A DNA stretch of 64,000 nucleotides from a virus (taxonomy: Duplodnaviria; Caudoviricetes), in IMG/VR virus record IMGVR_UViG_3300043021_000113; one strand, 5' to 3'. Positions 23,293 to 33,423 of the stretch are shown one piece after another (within the stretch, counting starts at the first letter, position 1; each line of letters starts with the position of its first letter). A program made the position numbers and the translations under genes. Below the pieces are notes generated by a model. It worked only from the letters and a program-made list of their open reading frames with translations, searched no databases and was not told where the DNA came from.

Positions 23293-24087
23293 TTAATCAA
23301 AATTAAATTCGCGCATTCGTGTTAAAACTGTTGTTCCTGTTTTTCCATCTTTACTCCATCCTTTATCGTCAAGGTCAACACCAGCAAGCGCTTTTCTTAC
23401 TCCACCATTTCCTCCTAACCATGCACCAGCTAAAATTGCATTATCAGTGTAACCTTGTTCTTTTGCTTTTTTTCTGTCATCTTCTGACATTCCAGCTAAA
23501 AATGAATCTGCAAGTTTATTTGCAGCTAAAATTTGAATTTTAGGATTATTTCTGAACTCATCAATGCTTACTCCTGCGTATTTATCAATATTGTTCCAAG
23601 ATCTACCTTTAGCGGAACCTTGCATAAATTGAAATAATCCATAAGCAGGGGCACCTTGCTTATTTTGTATTGTATGGTTAAATCCGGATTCTGCAGCTGC
23701 AATTCTAGTTAAAAATTCTCTACGTTTTGCAATTTCTGGGTTTTCTTTTATTGCCTCATCCATTGCTGCATCAAAAGCTGCTTTATTCTTATATTTTGAA
23801 AAGTCTTTTGTTGAAGTAGTTTTACTTACTATTGGTTTAATTAAATTTACTTTTTTATCATCAATTACTTTAGGAGTTTTTATTTCTTCTTTGGTTGTTA
23901 TATTTTGTTTTTCTTCTTTCTTTTCTAATGGTGTATAATCAAAAGTTACATTATAACTTTTGGCTTGTGGTTTTGTATAATCAGAAAATGTGTTAATTTC
24001 TGGATTACTTACCCTTTGATAATTGAAAAAATCATCGTCTAATTCTGACAAATTAATTGGTTTATATGTGCTATAATTGTTCTTCAT
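23293..24087 (-). CDS. Lytic transglycosylase / lysozyme-like protein
   Basis: AAAESGFN...AYGLFQF...AGAWLG motifs. Start moved to ATG 24087 because the upstream extension overlaps a terminator and promoter. Confidence 0.75.
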   Translation of the reverse strand: MKNNYSTYKPINLSELDDDFFNYQRVSNPEINTFSDYTKPQAKSYNVTFDYTPLEKKEEKQNITTKEEIKTPKVIDDKKVNLIKPIVSKTTSTKDFSKYKNKAAFDAAMDEAIKENPEIAKRREFLTRIAAAESGFNHTIQNKQGAPAYGLFQFMQGSAKGRSWNNIDKYAGVSIDEFRNNPKIQILAANKLADSFLAGMSEDDRKKAKEQGYTDNAILAGAWLGGNGGVRKALAGVDLDDKGWSKDGKTGTTVLTRMREFNFD

Positions 24088-24101
24088 AAAAATTTTTTCT
24101 G

Positions 24102-24133
24102 CAAAAATAAGAAAAAAAAATGGGGGAAGCAAG
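24102..24133 (-). promoter_or_regulatory. Bacteroidota sigma70-type promoter overlapping a terminator
   Basis: CTTG-N20-TATTTTTG just upstream of ATG 24087. Confidence 0.6.
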
Positions 24134-24152
24134 CTTTACGCTCACTTCCCCC
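24112..24152 (-). terminator. Intrinsic terminator
   Basis: GGGGGAAG...CTTCCCCC stem followed by a T-run on the minus strand. Confidence 0.8.
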
Positions 24153-24161
24153 TAAAATCTT

Positions 24162-25151
24162 TTATTCTATGTTATAATCAAATTTAATGTTGTACAATTC
24201 GGTTTCGTTATTTTGAATCATTCTGTTTATTTCTTCTTTCATTAAATCAACAAGTATTGTTCTTGCTTCTTCTTTGTCTTCTTCATTTACTGCTTGTTCG
24301 TAAAATTTACGCATAGTTAACTTTATATTGCTAACTTCAAAATGTCCTGTGTTATAAAATCCCAATTGATCTAAAATATTTTTCCAAACTGCAGATTGTA
24401 ATTTACCATAAGCTTTATGTCTTATATCTTGAAGATTAGGCTTTATAATATTATAAATTTTTACTCTATTATTTATAATATTAAAATTTATTAACATATC
24501 AATTCCTAAGCTTATATTTTGTGCGTCTTTACTTTTTAATAAGTTAGAAATATTTTTTAAACTCTCAGCATCTGGAGTTAAATTATCATTTGCTAAATAT
24601 TTTTCTAAAACAGTTTTATCAACTAAAGGTAAAGTTGCATTTTCAACTGTTCTTATTTTATCAAGATTTTTCTTACTTTCTCTTCTAATTGGAATTCTTC
24701 CAAGACTAGCTGTTCCTTCTGGAAGAATATTTTTACTTATCAAAAAGCTTAAAATGTCACCTTCTTTTACATTCTTATTTTTTGTTATGTTTTCAATAAG
24801 TACAACATCCCAAGGCTGGAATGCATAATAAAGATCATCCGGTGTTTTAAATACATAATAACGATTCGGATAACGAGAACCTGGTTCTAAATGTTCAGTT
24901 ATTATTACTTCCGCTTTCTTTTCTGTGCAATTTTTGAATTTTTCATTATCTTTAATTTTAAATCTTGGAAAGCTAACATTCTTTCCAATATATATATTTT
25001 TAACATTGCTTAAATCATAATCTTTTAATATTTTTTTATTTAAAGCTTCAAAATCAATGTCTAATTGAACGTTTGTAAACCGTTGTTCAATTTTAAATAA
25101 ATTTGAATCATAACTTCTTACTATTTGATAATATGTCGTTAATTCTATCAT
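24162..25151 (-). CDS. Hypothetical protein (paralogue of 25879..26856)
   Basis: 329-aa ORF sharing the IY...SFPR.K.K motif with its paralogue. Confidence 0.7.
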   Translation of the reverse strand: MIELTTYYQIVRSYDSNLFKIEQRFTNVQLDIDFEALNKKILKDYDLSNVKNIYIGKNVSFPRFKIKDNEKFKNCTEKKAEVIITEHLEPGSRYPNRYYVFKTPDDLYYAFQPWDVVLIENITKNKNVKEGDILSFLISKNILPEGTASLGRIPIRRESKKNLDKIRTVENATLPLVDKTVLEKYLANDNLTPDAESLKNISNLLKSKDAQNISLGIDMLINFNIINNRVKIYNIIKPNLQDIRHKAYGKLQSAVWKNILDQLGFYNTGHFEVSNIKLTMRKFYEQAVNEEDKEEARTILVDLMKEEINRMIQNNETELYNIKFDYNIE

Positions 25152-25729
25152 TTCGTAATATTTATAACTTTTGTTTCACTTGTTCCGCAATCGTTAACAG
25201 TTGTTATTAACAATTTTCTTTTTTTAAATAACCTCCACCAAGGTTTTTTCTCATAATGCACTATATAATAACTGTTGTTTTCAGTTTCTAATTCGTGCAA
25301 GTTTACAGTAGTTGACTGATCTTTAGTTAAAGCATAAATTACCGCTTTATAACAAGCAGAATCAACAGTAAATTTTAATTTATACAATGAGTCATTTTCA
25401 ACTTTTACTTCTTCAGCAGGCATAAAAACAGTGTCTATTATACTAACAACTGTTTTATTATTTACTAATTGTTTAATATCTTTTAATTTGATATCATGTG
25501 CTTTTGTCACACTGTCTATTTCTTGCTTAAATTGTGTGTTAAGATCTCCTATATAATCTGTTAATTCTTTTTTGCTTAATTCTAACGTATAATTATCACT
25601 TTCTAACTGTTTAAAATTTGTTGTTGTTTTTTCTAATTGTTCTTTTGTTTCTGATAATTCGTTTTTAAGAACATAAACTAAGCCAGTAAGACTTGAAATA
25701 ATAAGAATTTCAATTATTAGACGTTTCAT
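25148..25729 (-). CDS. Membrane-anchored coiled-coil protein, possible spanin-like
   Basis: N-terminal TM helix, coiled coil, two C-terminal-half Cys, close to a muralytic gene. Confidence 0.5.
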   Translation of the reverse strand: MKRLIIEILIISSLTGLVYVLKNELSETKEQLEKTTTNFKQLESDNYTLELSKKELTDYIGDLNTQFKQEIDSVTKAHDIKLKDIKQLVNNKTVVSIIDTVFMPAEEVKVENDSLYKLKFTVDSACYKAVIYALTKDQSTTVNLHELETENNSYYIVHYEKKPWWRLFKKRKLLITTVNDCGTSETKVINITK

Positions 25730-25886
25730 TTTTTAAAATTTTAGTGATTTTTTCTATCTCTTCCAAATAAAAAGGAGCTCTCTTTGGTTCTTTTAAAACT
25801 TTAAGTTTGAGTTCATTTTTTACTTTCTTATAATATCTTATTATTTGTTCCTTATCATCCAGCTTGTAGTTTATTAATTCAGCCAT
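25710..25886 (-). CDS. Small hypothetical protein (58 aa)
   Basis: MAELINYKLDDKEQ... fills the gap and overlaps both neighbours. Confidence 0.55.
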   Translation of the reverse strand: MAELINYKLDDKEQIIRYYKKVKNELKLKVLKEPKRAPFYLEEIEKITKILKNETSNN

Positions 25887-26856
25887 TATTTACTATTTTA
25901 AAATCAAGTTTACAATCTATAATATCTAAGGATTCTTCTTCTATCTTTATAATTCGTTTTAATTCATTTTCTATGTATGTAATATAAGCTTTTTTTGCAA
26001 TTTCTTTGTCAAATTCAGATATTGCATTTTTAACCATCCATCGATAATTTATAGTATCATATACATCAACTTTTAAAATTTCAATTATATTCTTATAAAT
26101 TCCAAATCGTGTTCCTTGTTTGCTTAAAGTAAAATAATTCTTACTTAATAAATAATAAACACTAACTTTGTATTTTTCAACATTAATTAAATTTAAAGCA
26201 TTAAGTCCCAATTTTACTGTGTCATATTGTCTTAATAATCCATCGATATTTTCGAACATTTCCATTGTTAAATCTTCGTTTTTGTTTTCTACATAAGATC
26301 TTAGAACGGAAATATCAATTATCTTGTCCGAATCTTGAATTAATTTTAAGATTTCTAATTCATCATTACAAATAGACATTGCTTGGGTAATTTCTACTTC
26401 TGTATTATCAAAGATCCCCTCTTGCTGATAATATTTTATTATGTCTTTATCTTCAATTATGCCATGGGTGTTAGGAGTTATTTGATTAGAAGATGTTTTG
26501 AGTTTTTGACGCAAACACCATTGGCCAACATGGTTTATATATATAATGTCATTTTGCAAATAACATATAAAAAAACCTCTGTTAAATTCTTTGAAGTTTA
26601 TTACTGTATAATCAGCTTTTAGGGGATCTTTGGTTACCTTTATAAGGCCCTTTAACTTTTCTCTAGGAAAAGAAAGGCCCTTATCTAAATATATTGTTTT
26701 ATTTTCAAGATCTCTTATTTTTTTAACTTTATTTTGTAAAGTTTCGAAATCTTCTTTTACTAAAGCATGCCACTTGAAAGTATCATCATAAACTCTTATT
26801 TCATATTGGTTGTTATCCATATAATCATAAGAGATACGTTTTAATTTTTTAAACAT
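25879..26856 (-). CDS. Hypothetical protein (paralogue of 24162..25151)
   Basis: 325-aa ORF. Confidence 0.7.
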   Translation of the reverse strand: MFKKLKRISYDYMDNNQYEIRVYDDTFKWHALVKEDFETLQNKVKKIRDLENKTIYLDKGLSFPREKLKGLIKVTKDPLKADYTVINFKEFNRGFFICYLQNDIIYINHVGQWCLRQKLKTSSNQITPNTHGIIEDKDIIKYYQQEGIFDNTEVEITQAMSICNDELEILKLIQDSDKIIDISVLRSYVENKNEDLTMEMFENIDGLLRQYDTVKLGLNALNLINVEKYKVSVYYLLSKNYFTLSKQGTRFGIYKNIIEILKVDVYDTINYRWMVKNAISEFDKEIAKKAYITYIENELKRIIKIEEESLDIIDCKLDFKIVNNG

Positions 26857-27427
26857 TTAAAATCTGATCTATTATGTAAATAATCTGTTTTTGTTCTTTA
26901 TCATAAGAATTTTCTTTCTTATAATTTATTATTTCAAAGTCTGCTTTATAATTATTTAAAGCATTTTCGCTTATGTCTTGATCTTCTGCTGTTTCTTCTG
27001 GATTTATTATTTTAACAATAAATCCACCTTTTGACTTTATAGCCTCAACTTCATTTGGAAATCTTACATCTGTAATTAAAGCATGATCTACAATTTTATT
27101 CATTGCCAAATTTACAAAAATATTTTCTCCTAACGAAGTTTTCATTGATTGTCCGAATGTTTGCATTATTTTTCTAATGCTTATTGCATCTGGAGCTTCT
27201 TTTAAAGCCTTAACTTTACCTGAATTTATATCGAAACCGTAAAGATCTTTTGCGCTAGTATGTAAATAATACCTGGGAATCTCAAGCATTACTGCTATTC
27301 CTTCTTTTAAACTATCAGCAAATGCTATTCGTTTAGCTAATATTTTACGTTGGAATAATTCTTGTTGAAACATCCCTGCGATAAAGTCTTTTCCTGCGCC
27401 TTTTTTTCCTGCAAAACCAATAATCAT
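26849..27427 (-). CDS. Deoxynucleoside monophosphate kinase
   Basis: IIGFAGKKGAGKD, AFADSLK, RKIMQTFG and ITDVRFPNE motifs. Confidence 0.88.
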   Translation of the reverse strand: MIIGFAGKKGAGKDFIAGMFQQELFQRKILAKRIAFADSLKEGIAVMLEIPRYYLHTSAKDLYGFDINSGKVKALKEAPDAISIRKIMQTFGQSMKTSLGENIFVNLAMNKIVDHALITDVRFPNEVEAIKSKGGFIVKIINPEETAEDQDISENALNNYKADFEIINYKKENSYDKEQKQIIYIIDQILNV

Positions 27428-27536
27428 AAAATAAAAATTTAATATAATATGTTATTAAAAAGAGAGATCCTGCGCATAAAAGCACAAGACCTCCCAAAAC
27501 GAGAAATAAGCAATGATAAGCCGTTTTCATGTTTGT

Positions 27537-28142
27537 TTATACTTGCTTAGCAAGCATCATTTTTCCTTTTTTAGTAAGTGAATCTATATGATAAGGGATA
27601 AAATATTTTGTATCCTCCCAAATTTTACTTGTTCTTGACCAAGCACCGTTAAATTTTAAGCTTTTTAATAAATCAAACTTGCAATTTTCATTATATGCAT
27701 AATTTAGCATCCATTCCCAATATTCTAAGCTAATATCATTTTTAAAGCCTAATTCATCTTTTCCTATTTGTACGAATTCAAAATAGAATGTTATTCTATT
27801 AAAAATGTTTATTGAAATATAAGGATTGGTTTCATGTCTAAAATCCGAATATTTAGTTTTCCATCCTAAATCTTCACATTCAAAATCAAAAATTCTAGCA
27901 TTCCAACGCCATTTCTGCCTGTAAACATCAAATTTAACTTTTGGTCTTTTAAAATATTTTCTATTACTCCACCAAAACTTCAATGGTAAACTTAGAAAAA
28001 CAAATTTAAACCATTTTGTTTCTTCTTTAGCAAAGCTCTTTTTCTGAGAATTGTTTTCTGAGTTCATTTGATAAGTATTTAATGTCAATGTGAGCTTTGG
28101 CAGAAGTACGTAAGTTGAAAAAATGTTGCCAATCTGACACAT
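27537..28142 (-). CDS. Hypothetical protein (start uncertain)
   Basis: ORF track; the 5' part overlaps thyX. Confidence 0.55.
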   Translation of the reverse strand: MCQIGNIFSTYVLLPKLTLTLNTYQMNSENNSQKKSFAKEETKWFKFVFLSLPLKFWWSNRKYFKRPKVKFDVYRQKWRWNARIFDFECEDLGWKTKYSDFRHETNPYISINIFNRITFYFEFVQIGKDELGFKNDISLEYWEWMLNYAYNENCKFDLLKSLKFNGAWSRTSKIWEDTKYFIPYHIDSLTKKGKMMLAKQV

Positions 28143-28881
28143 AAGCTGTATGCATAAATTCTGTCTTAGTATCTAAAGGCAAAATAGTTCTTGCTTCTTG
28201 AGGTTGCCATCCTGCTTGAATTAATCTTTGATAACAAAACTCGCTTGTTTTATTAGCTAATAACCAATAAGCAATAGGTACAACTTCAGGAGTGCCTAAA
28301 CAAGCTTCAAATAATTCTCTAAGCGTTGTGTCACTTCTTTTTACTAATTCCTCATCAATAAAAGTTGGAAGACTTATGCTTATTTGATTATTGAATTTGT
28401 CCTTTGTATAATCACAAAATCTGGTTGATTCTTCGCATATACTGGCTGTTCTATGACGATTTGCTTCTCTACTAACTGCAATCTGAGAGTTAAATAAAGC
28501 ACTTACTTTTAATTCGTGGTAATCTGTGGGTTTATCATTTAAGAATTCCAAACAATACAAAAGGTCTTCTTCAATTATTACACGATAATTGGTAGTAATA
28601 TATGCTAAATTTTCAATAATAACTACTCTTGAATAATTATTATTAATGAAAATGTCAACGTATACATAATCTTTGGGTATTGTTAAATAAACCGTGCCAT
28701 GTTCTAGCACTGCACCATGGTTGGCATCAACCATGCGACTAACGAATTTTTCTGCGCTATCATCTGTTATCTTATCATGTGATTTGTAACAAATGCGACC
28801 TGCAAATTCTATCTGTTTATATATACCAAGCAATCCTGGTTCTTGATCTATAATTTCAACCTTTGGTTTAACTATTAGCAT
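28027..28881 (-). CDS. thyX: Flavin-dependent thymidylate synthase
   Basis: GRICYKS, HGAVLEH, RHRTASICEESTRF, ARTILP and LRTSAKAH motifs. Confidence 0.93.
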   Translation of the reverse strand: MLIVKPKVEIIDQEPGLLGIYKQIEFAGRICYKSHDKITDDSAEKFVSRMVDANHGAVLEHGTVYLTIPKDYVYVDIFINNNYSRVVIIENLAYITTNYRVIIEEDLLYCLEFLNDKPTDYHELKVSALFNSQIAVSREANRHRTASICEESTRFCDYTKDKFNNQISISLPTFIDEELVKRSDTTLRELFEACLGTPEVVPIAYWLLANKTSEFCYQRLIQAGWQPQEARTILPLDTKTEFMHTAYVSDWQHFFNLRTSAKAHIDIKYLSNELRKQFSEKELC

Positions 28882-29431
28882 ATTTTAATTTTCTTTCTTT
28901 TAAGATATTTTTTATTTCTTCCCAACTCAACGGAAACATATTGTGACAATCTAAACCAACATCTAAACGTTGAGGATTGCAAAAATCCATACAATTTATT
29001 TTTCCGTGAGTGTGCGCATGCAAGCAGACTCCTCCTGCTTGTTGTTTCCACCATTCAAACAATGGATAATGGCATAAATGCACATAATAATTTATCTCTT
29101 CACGAATTTTTAAATAAAGCATATCGTAACATTCTTCAAAATATTTTTCAATTGAATTTTCGTCATGATTTCCGCTAATTAATATTTTTTTACCGTTTAG
29201 TTGATCCAATATATGTTCGCAATGTTCAAGACGTTTCCAACTTACATCACCGAGGATGTAAGTTGTACTATTTCTTGATATTTTTTTATTCCAATTTTCA
29301 ATTATTAATTCGTGCATTTCTTCAACATCTTTTACAGGCCTATTTGCAAATTTAATTACTCCAGAATGGCACAAATGCAAATCTCCAGTAAAAAATAAAT
29401 CATCTGTACATTTAATCTCTTTTATTTTCAT
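28868..29431 (-). CDS. Calcineurin-like metallophosphoesterase
   Basis: DLH, LGD, GNHD, HYP and HAHTH motifs. Confidence 0.9.
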   Translation of the reverse strand: MKIKEIKCTDDLFFTGDLHLCHSGVIKFANRPVKDVEEMHELIIENWNKKISRNSTTYILGDVSWKRLEHCEHILDQLNGKKILISGNHDENSIEKYFEECYDMLYLKIREEINYYVHLCHYPLFEWWKQQAGGVCLHAHTHGKINCMDFCNPQRLDVGLDCHNMFPLSWEEIKNILKERKLKYANS

Positions 29432-29460
29432 ATCTTTTTAAAAGATTTTCTGTGTTTTGT

Positions 29461-29643
29461 TCAATAACAATTTTTTTCTATAATATTATTTAAAATTTTA
29501 TGTTCTATTGAAAAATAAGCTTCTTTTAAAATATCTTTTAATTTATTATAAAATAAATTATTTTCAGAAATACCAGAATAATTCAAAGTCATTTCTGTTG
29601 CCATAAGACATAATAATTCTTTATTTTTCAAATCAAAATCCAT
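29461..29643 (-). CDS. Small hypothetical protein
   Basis: 60-aa ORF overlapping the ligase end. Confidence 0.5.
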   Translation of the reverse strand: MDFDLKNKELLCLMATEMTLNYSGISENNLFYNKLKDILKEAYFSIEHKILNNIIEKNCY

Positions 29644-30811
29644 TAGCTCTTACACTTTTAAAAACCGGTAAGAATGGGCGTCCATCATCTGTTAAGTAAA
29701 AATATTTAATGGTTGCTTTCTTACCAATTAATTTGTCAATTTCTTTAAAATATCTTTCCTTAAGCTCTCTTGAACCCATAGGTTTTGCTTGAAATGCTAA
29801 GCCATTTTTGGTTTTTAAATCAAAAACCATGTCTTCAGTTCCTCTTAAGCCTAAAGTACAGCCTGTAATTTCAAACTCTTCATCTTTAAATTCTTTAATC
29901 TTTATCCATGCAACACTTCTTCCTGATCTATAAAAGCTGTTTTCATCTCTGATAACTGCTCCTTCGTAACCTTGACTAACGAAGTTGTCATGGTTTAATT
30001 TTATTTCATCCCAGCCAAAAACTGGTTTATGTTCAACAACTTTTATTTTTGACTCATCTCTGAAATATTCTTCTAACTTTTCAAGTAAAACTAATCTTTC
30101 AGAAAATTTCTTATCAGTAAGTGCTAAATCGAAAATGTGAAATTCTAATTGTAAAGTTCTTTCATCTGGTTTCTCTAATCTTGAAAGACCAGATAAAACT
30201 TCAAGACTTACTCCGTGCGAATATAATTCACCATCTAATATTAAATATCTTCTAGCTTTTAATAATTTAACCAACTTTGGATTTGATGTTAAATGACTAA
30301 CTGATTTTTGATAAAGCTTACCTCCTCTTGACCAAGCAACCACTTTATCTAATTTATCATCCCATTTCATAAGACATCTGCAACCGTCTAGTTTGGCTGA
30401 TATTAAATATCTTCGTTGAAAAATTTCTGGTTTAAGTCTTGAACCATCTTTTGCAAGCATTGGTTTTATTAATCCTTGTTGATCCGTTACTTCATCTCCA
30501 AGAAATTTTAAACAATCATTTTCTGTTAATTTTTGAAATTCTTCTAATGTTGTATTTTCTAAGCTTTTATAACCTCTATCTTTATAACGGATAATTAAAC
30601 TGTTTTTTTCAAGTTCTACTTGTTGATCAATTGTTCTTCCTGCTTTTCCTTCTTTTATTTCTAAATCAGGTTGTAAAGTGTCTTTTTTACCTATAAATCC
30701 AGAAGCTCTTTTTAATATCTTATAATTTTTCTTATCTTCTACCCATACTTTAATAAATCTTATTTTGTCTTTTTGATCTTTAGTTATCAGAAATTCCATC
30801 TTTAACCTCAC
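29633..30811 (-). CDS. ATP-dependent DNA ligase
   Basis: PMLA, KLDG.R, LDGELY, FHIFD, EGAVIR and KIK motifs plus a C-terminal OB fold. Confidence 0.92.
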   Translation of the reverse strand: MRLKMEFLITKDQKDKIRFIKVWVEDKKNYKILKRASGFIGKKDTLQPDLEIKEGKAGRTIDQQVELEKNSLIIRYKDRGYKSLENTTLEEFQKLTENDCLKFLGDEVTDQQGLIKPMLAKDGSRLKPEIFQRRYLISAKLDGCRCLMKWDDKLDKVVAWSRGGKLYQKSVSHLTSNPKLVKLLKARRYLILDGELYSHGVSLEVLSGLSRLEKPDERTLQLEFHIFDLALTDKKFSERLVLLEKLEEYFRDESKIKVVEHKPVFGWDEIKLNHDNFVSQGYEGAVIRDENSFYRSGRSVAWIKIKEFKDEEFEITGCTLGLRGTEDMVFDLKTKNGLAFQAKPMGSRELKERYFKEIDKLIGKKATIKYFYLTDDGRPFLPVFKSVRANGF

Positions 30812-31178
30812 TTTCTTTTTCTGGCTTATAGGTAAATTTATAAACAGAATTTAAAGTTTTAAATTCTCCTGTTGTGTCACTTGTCCATTTAAAATCATTT
30901 ACTGTTGAAGTGTTAAACCATTTTGTGGCATTTTCTATACGAACACCTAATCCTTTAACTATACCATAAGAAAAACCACTAACAGTAAAACCATTTTTAA
31001 TTAATTTTTGATTTACTCCAGATTCTTTAGTTATTGTGTAAATTCCAGGTTTTCCTTCTTTATACATTTCAGCGATTGAATCTTGCATTTCATTTAATAA
31101 TTCTTGAAAATGCTCTAAATCTCCAATATTAACCTTTAAAATTTTATCCATGATATAATCTTTTTTATAATTAAACAC
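30780..31178 (-). CDS. Hypothetical protein
   Basis: ORF track; C-terminal F.TLNSVYK motif. Confidence 0.6.
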   Translation of the reverse strand: MFNYKKDYIMDKILKVNIGDLEHFQELLNEMQDSIAEMYKEGKPGIYTITKESGVNQKLIKNGFTVSGFSYGIVKGLGVRIENATKWFNTSTVNDFKWTSDTTGEFKTLNSVYKFTYKPEKESEVKDGISDN

Positions 31179-31897
31179 TTTTCAAATTTATTCATAATGT
31201 CTTTTTTATCATTTGTTATTCCTGACAAAAAATTTTCTAATAAATCAAGTTTCGTGAACTCTTGTTTATCTCCTAAATAATATGTGCTGTCTCTATCAAC
31301 ACAAAAATTAATATAAGTTGATATTGCATCTTTAGGAGAAACTTTAATTTTTCCAGAATCGTTCAAATAAAACTCGTTTACACATCCTCTCACCCAGGAG
31401 CCTAAATAAGTATCCATCAACTGACGCGAAAGTTTACAATCTTCAAAATTACAAATAAAATTTTTAAAATCATTTGTTTTTTCAAGTAATTTATCAACAA
31501 CCGAATAAGTCAAAATTTCGTCTTCTTCTATTTCTTGACGTTCTAAAAAACTTTCATCATGAGCAATTAAATTTCCATTGTCTTCATTATAAAAAGCCCT
31601 GTAAAATTTAGCAACTGGCTTTTTAATATCTAAAGCATAACAAAAACCCATAACTTCTTTGAAACCTTCAATTTCACTTTTTAATATAGCAAGAATGCTT
31701 ACTTTATTAAAAACAACATCCCAGTTTTCACGAGAACCTGTCAATTGATCCGGAGTTTGAACATTTATAATGAACTTTTCTGTTAGTGGCTCTAATTTCT
31801 CAATAAAAGGTTTACAATATTTTTCAGAATTGAAATATTGTTTATTTTTAATTATTGTTGCTTTACCAGTGTAAAGTTCTTTAATATTAACTATCAT
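31136..31897 (-). CDS. Hypothetical protein
   Basis: 253-aa ORF coupled to neighbours. Confidence 0.7.
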   Translation of the reverse strand: MIVNIKELYTGKATIIKNKQYFNSEKYCKPFIEKLEPLTEKFIINVQTPDQLTGSRENWDVVFNKVSILAILKSEIEGFKEVMGFCYALDIKKPVAKFYRAFYNEDNGNLIAHDESFLERQEIEEDEILTYSVVDKLLEKTNDFKNFICNFEDCKLSRQLMDTYLGSWVRGCVNEFYLNDSGKIKVSPKDAISTYINFCVDRDSTYYLGDKQEFTKLDLLENFLSGITNDKKDIMNKFEKCLIIKKIISWIKF

Positions 31898-32388
31898 CTA
31901 CTAAGCATTAATAATTGTTTAACTTTTTTTTCTAATAATTCTCCTGAATTTATAACTTCAATTTTTTTTTCAAGATTTTTTACTAAATGTCTTTTTTCTA
32001 TTTTGTTAATTTCACTTAAGGAAAGGTGCATTCTAAATGCAACCTTTCCTGGGTAAGTTTCATTATAAGCTGTTATAAATCTACCTACAATTTGAAACCA
32101 CGAATAAAATTCTAATCTTGAAATGTAATTTATAATCCATCCTGCATTATTAGCAACAATGCTTGAAAAAGAACTATCTTCAAACATAAATTCAGCAATT
32201 ACATTTTTAGGTTTATCTTTGTTTAACTCTGAATGATGAGAAAACATCCTAAATTGAACTTGATTGTTAGATTCAACAAGAATTAATCTATATTTTAAAT
32301 CTTCCAAATCTTCTTCTACAAGTTCAACGTGCCAATCAAACAAAAATAATTTTATTTGATAATCACTTTCGTTATTTGAATAATACAT
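31894..32388 (-). CDS. Hypothetical protein (paralogue of 32388..32828)
   Basis: Shared C-terminal IEK...L...IE.INSGE motif. Confidence 0.65.
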   Translation of the reverse strand: MYYSNNESDYQIKLFLFDWHVELVEEDLEDLKYRLILVESNNQVQFRMFSHHSELNKDKPKNVIAEFMFEDSSFSSIVANNAGWIINYISRLEFYSWFQIVGRFITAYNETYPGKVAFRMHLSLSEINKIEKRHLVKNLEKKIEVINSGELLEKKVKQLLMLSR

Positions 32389-32828
32389 TACATTTTTAAA
32401 TAACTTTCTACTAAACTAGCCATTCTTTCTCCACTGTTTATTTCTTCAATTTCTGCTAATAAATAATCTCTGTGTAAATGCTTTTCAATTTCAGCTATTC
32501 TTTCAATACTTGCCGTTAAAACAAACCCCAAAACTTCTTTAGGGTCTACTAACTCCATATACAAAGTTAACAGATAAAAGAAGCTTTGGCGGTTTGACAT
32601 GGCAAATTTTCTATAAATAGCATTAGTTCTAGCATGATTTCGTATCCCGGTAGTCTTGTCTTTATAAATAAAACAACCAACACCACCAGGAATGGAATTA
32701 AAAATCAACTCAAATCTATCTTTTTTAGGAAAAAAGCTTGTGCAATGATTATTTAAGTATTTAGCAGGAAATTCTAAGTAAAATTCAGTGTAATTTGATA
32801 AAAGAATTTCAAGATCGTTAATGTGCAT
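32388..32828 (-). CDS. Hypothetical protein
   Basis: 146-aa ORF with the IEEINSGE motif. Confidence 0.65.
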   Translation of the reverse strand: MHINDLEILLSNYTEFYLEFPAKYLNNHCTSFFPKKDRFELIFNSIPGGVGCFIYKDKTTGIRNHARTNAIYRKFAMSNRQSFFYLLTLYMELVDPKEVLGFVLTASIERIAEIEKHLHRDYLLAEIEEINSGERMASLVESYLKM

Positions 32829-33423
32829 CTTTAAATCTTAAATTTGTTAATACTTTTCCATTATATTTAAAACATCTTGGGCCATTATAATTGTTAGAAT
32901 TATTTTTTAAATTTTTAGGTGTAAATTCTTTTGCAAATCCAGACATACTATAAATTTTATCTTTATATTTTATTTTTGATTCATTATAAACTTCTACTTC
33001 TAAATTATTATGAATAAAATTTATTTTATCTCCTGGTTTTAAACCAACCATTGAAAATTTAAAGTCTGAATTTCTTTTTGTTTTTGAATCATAATTTGAA
33101 TTTTTAAATTTGCATTTTTCAATGTAACCATCAGCTGTTAATTCTACAAGTTGTTTTAATAATTCGTAAGCATCTTTTGCTGGATATTTGAAAAACTCCC
33201 TATTTGTTCTTGTTCTTGTATCAGTAAGTTTCGTTAATATATCATGAATTGTTTTTTCTATTTCGTTAAACTTATAAGTATAAGCGTAACCGTAAATTTC
33301 AAAAGGAGTTGGAGTTGATGTATTGTCAAGCTCTTTTACTCGTTCTTCAATAGGTCTTGATGTTTTCCCTATTTTTATATCCTCAAAAGATGGATTAATT
33401 AATATATAAACGTAACCATGCAT
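32818..33423 (-). CDS. GIY-YIG (T5orf172-type) nuclease fused to a RAMA-like domain
   Basis: GYVYIL...IKIGKT...R...L...PTPF...E...H...REFF. C-terminus GLKPGD...YSMSGFA...NGP..F...L.NLR resembles RAMA. Confidence 0.72.
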   Translation of the reverse strand: MHGYVYILINPSFEDIKIGKTSRPIEERVKELDNTSTPTPFEIYGYAYTYKFNEIEKTIHDILTKLTDTRTRTNREFFKYPAKDAYELLKQLVELTADGYIEKCKFKNSNYDSKTKRNSDFKFSMVGLKPGDKINFIHNNLEVEVYNESKIKYKDKIYSMSGFAKEFTPKNLKNNSNNYNGPRCFKYNGKVLTNLRFKDAH

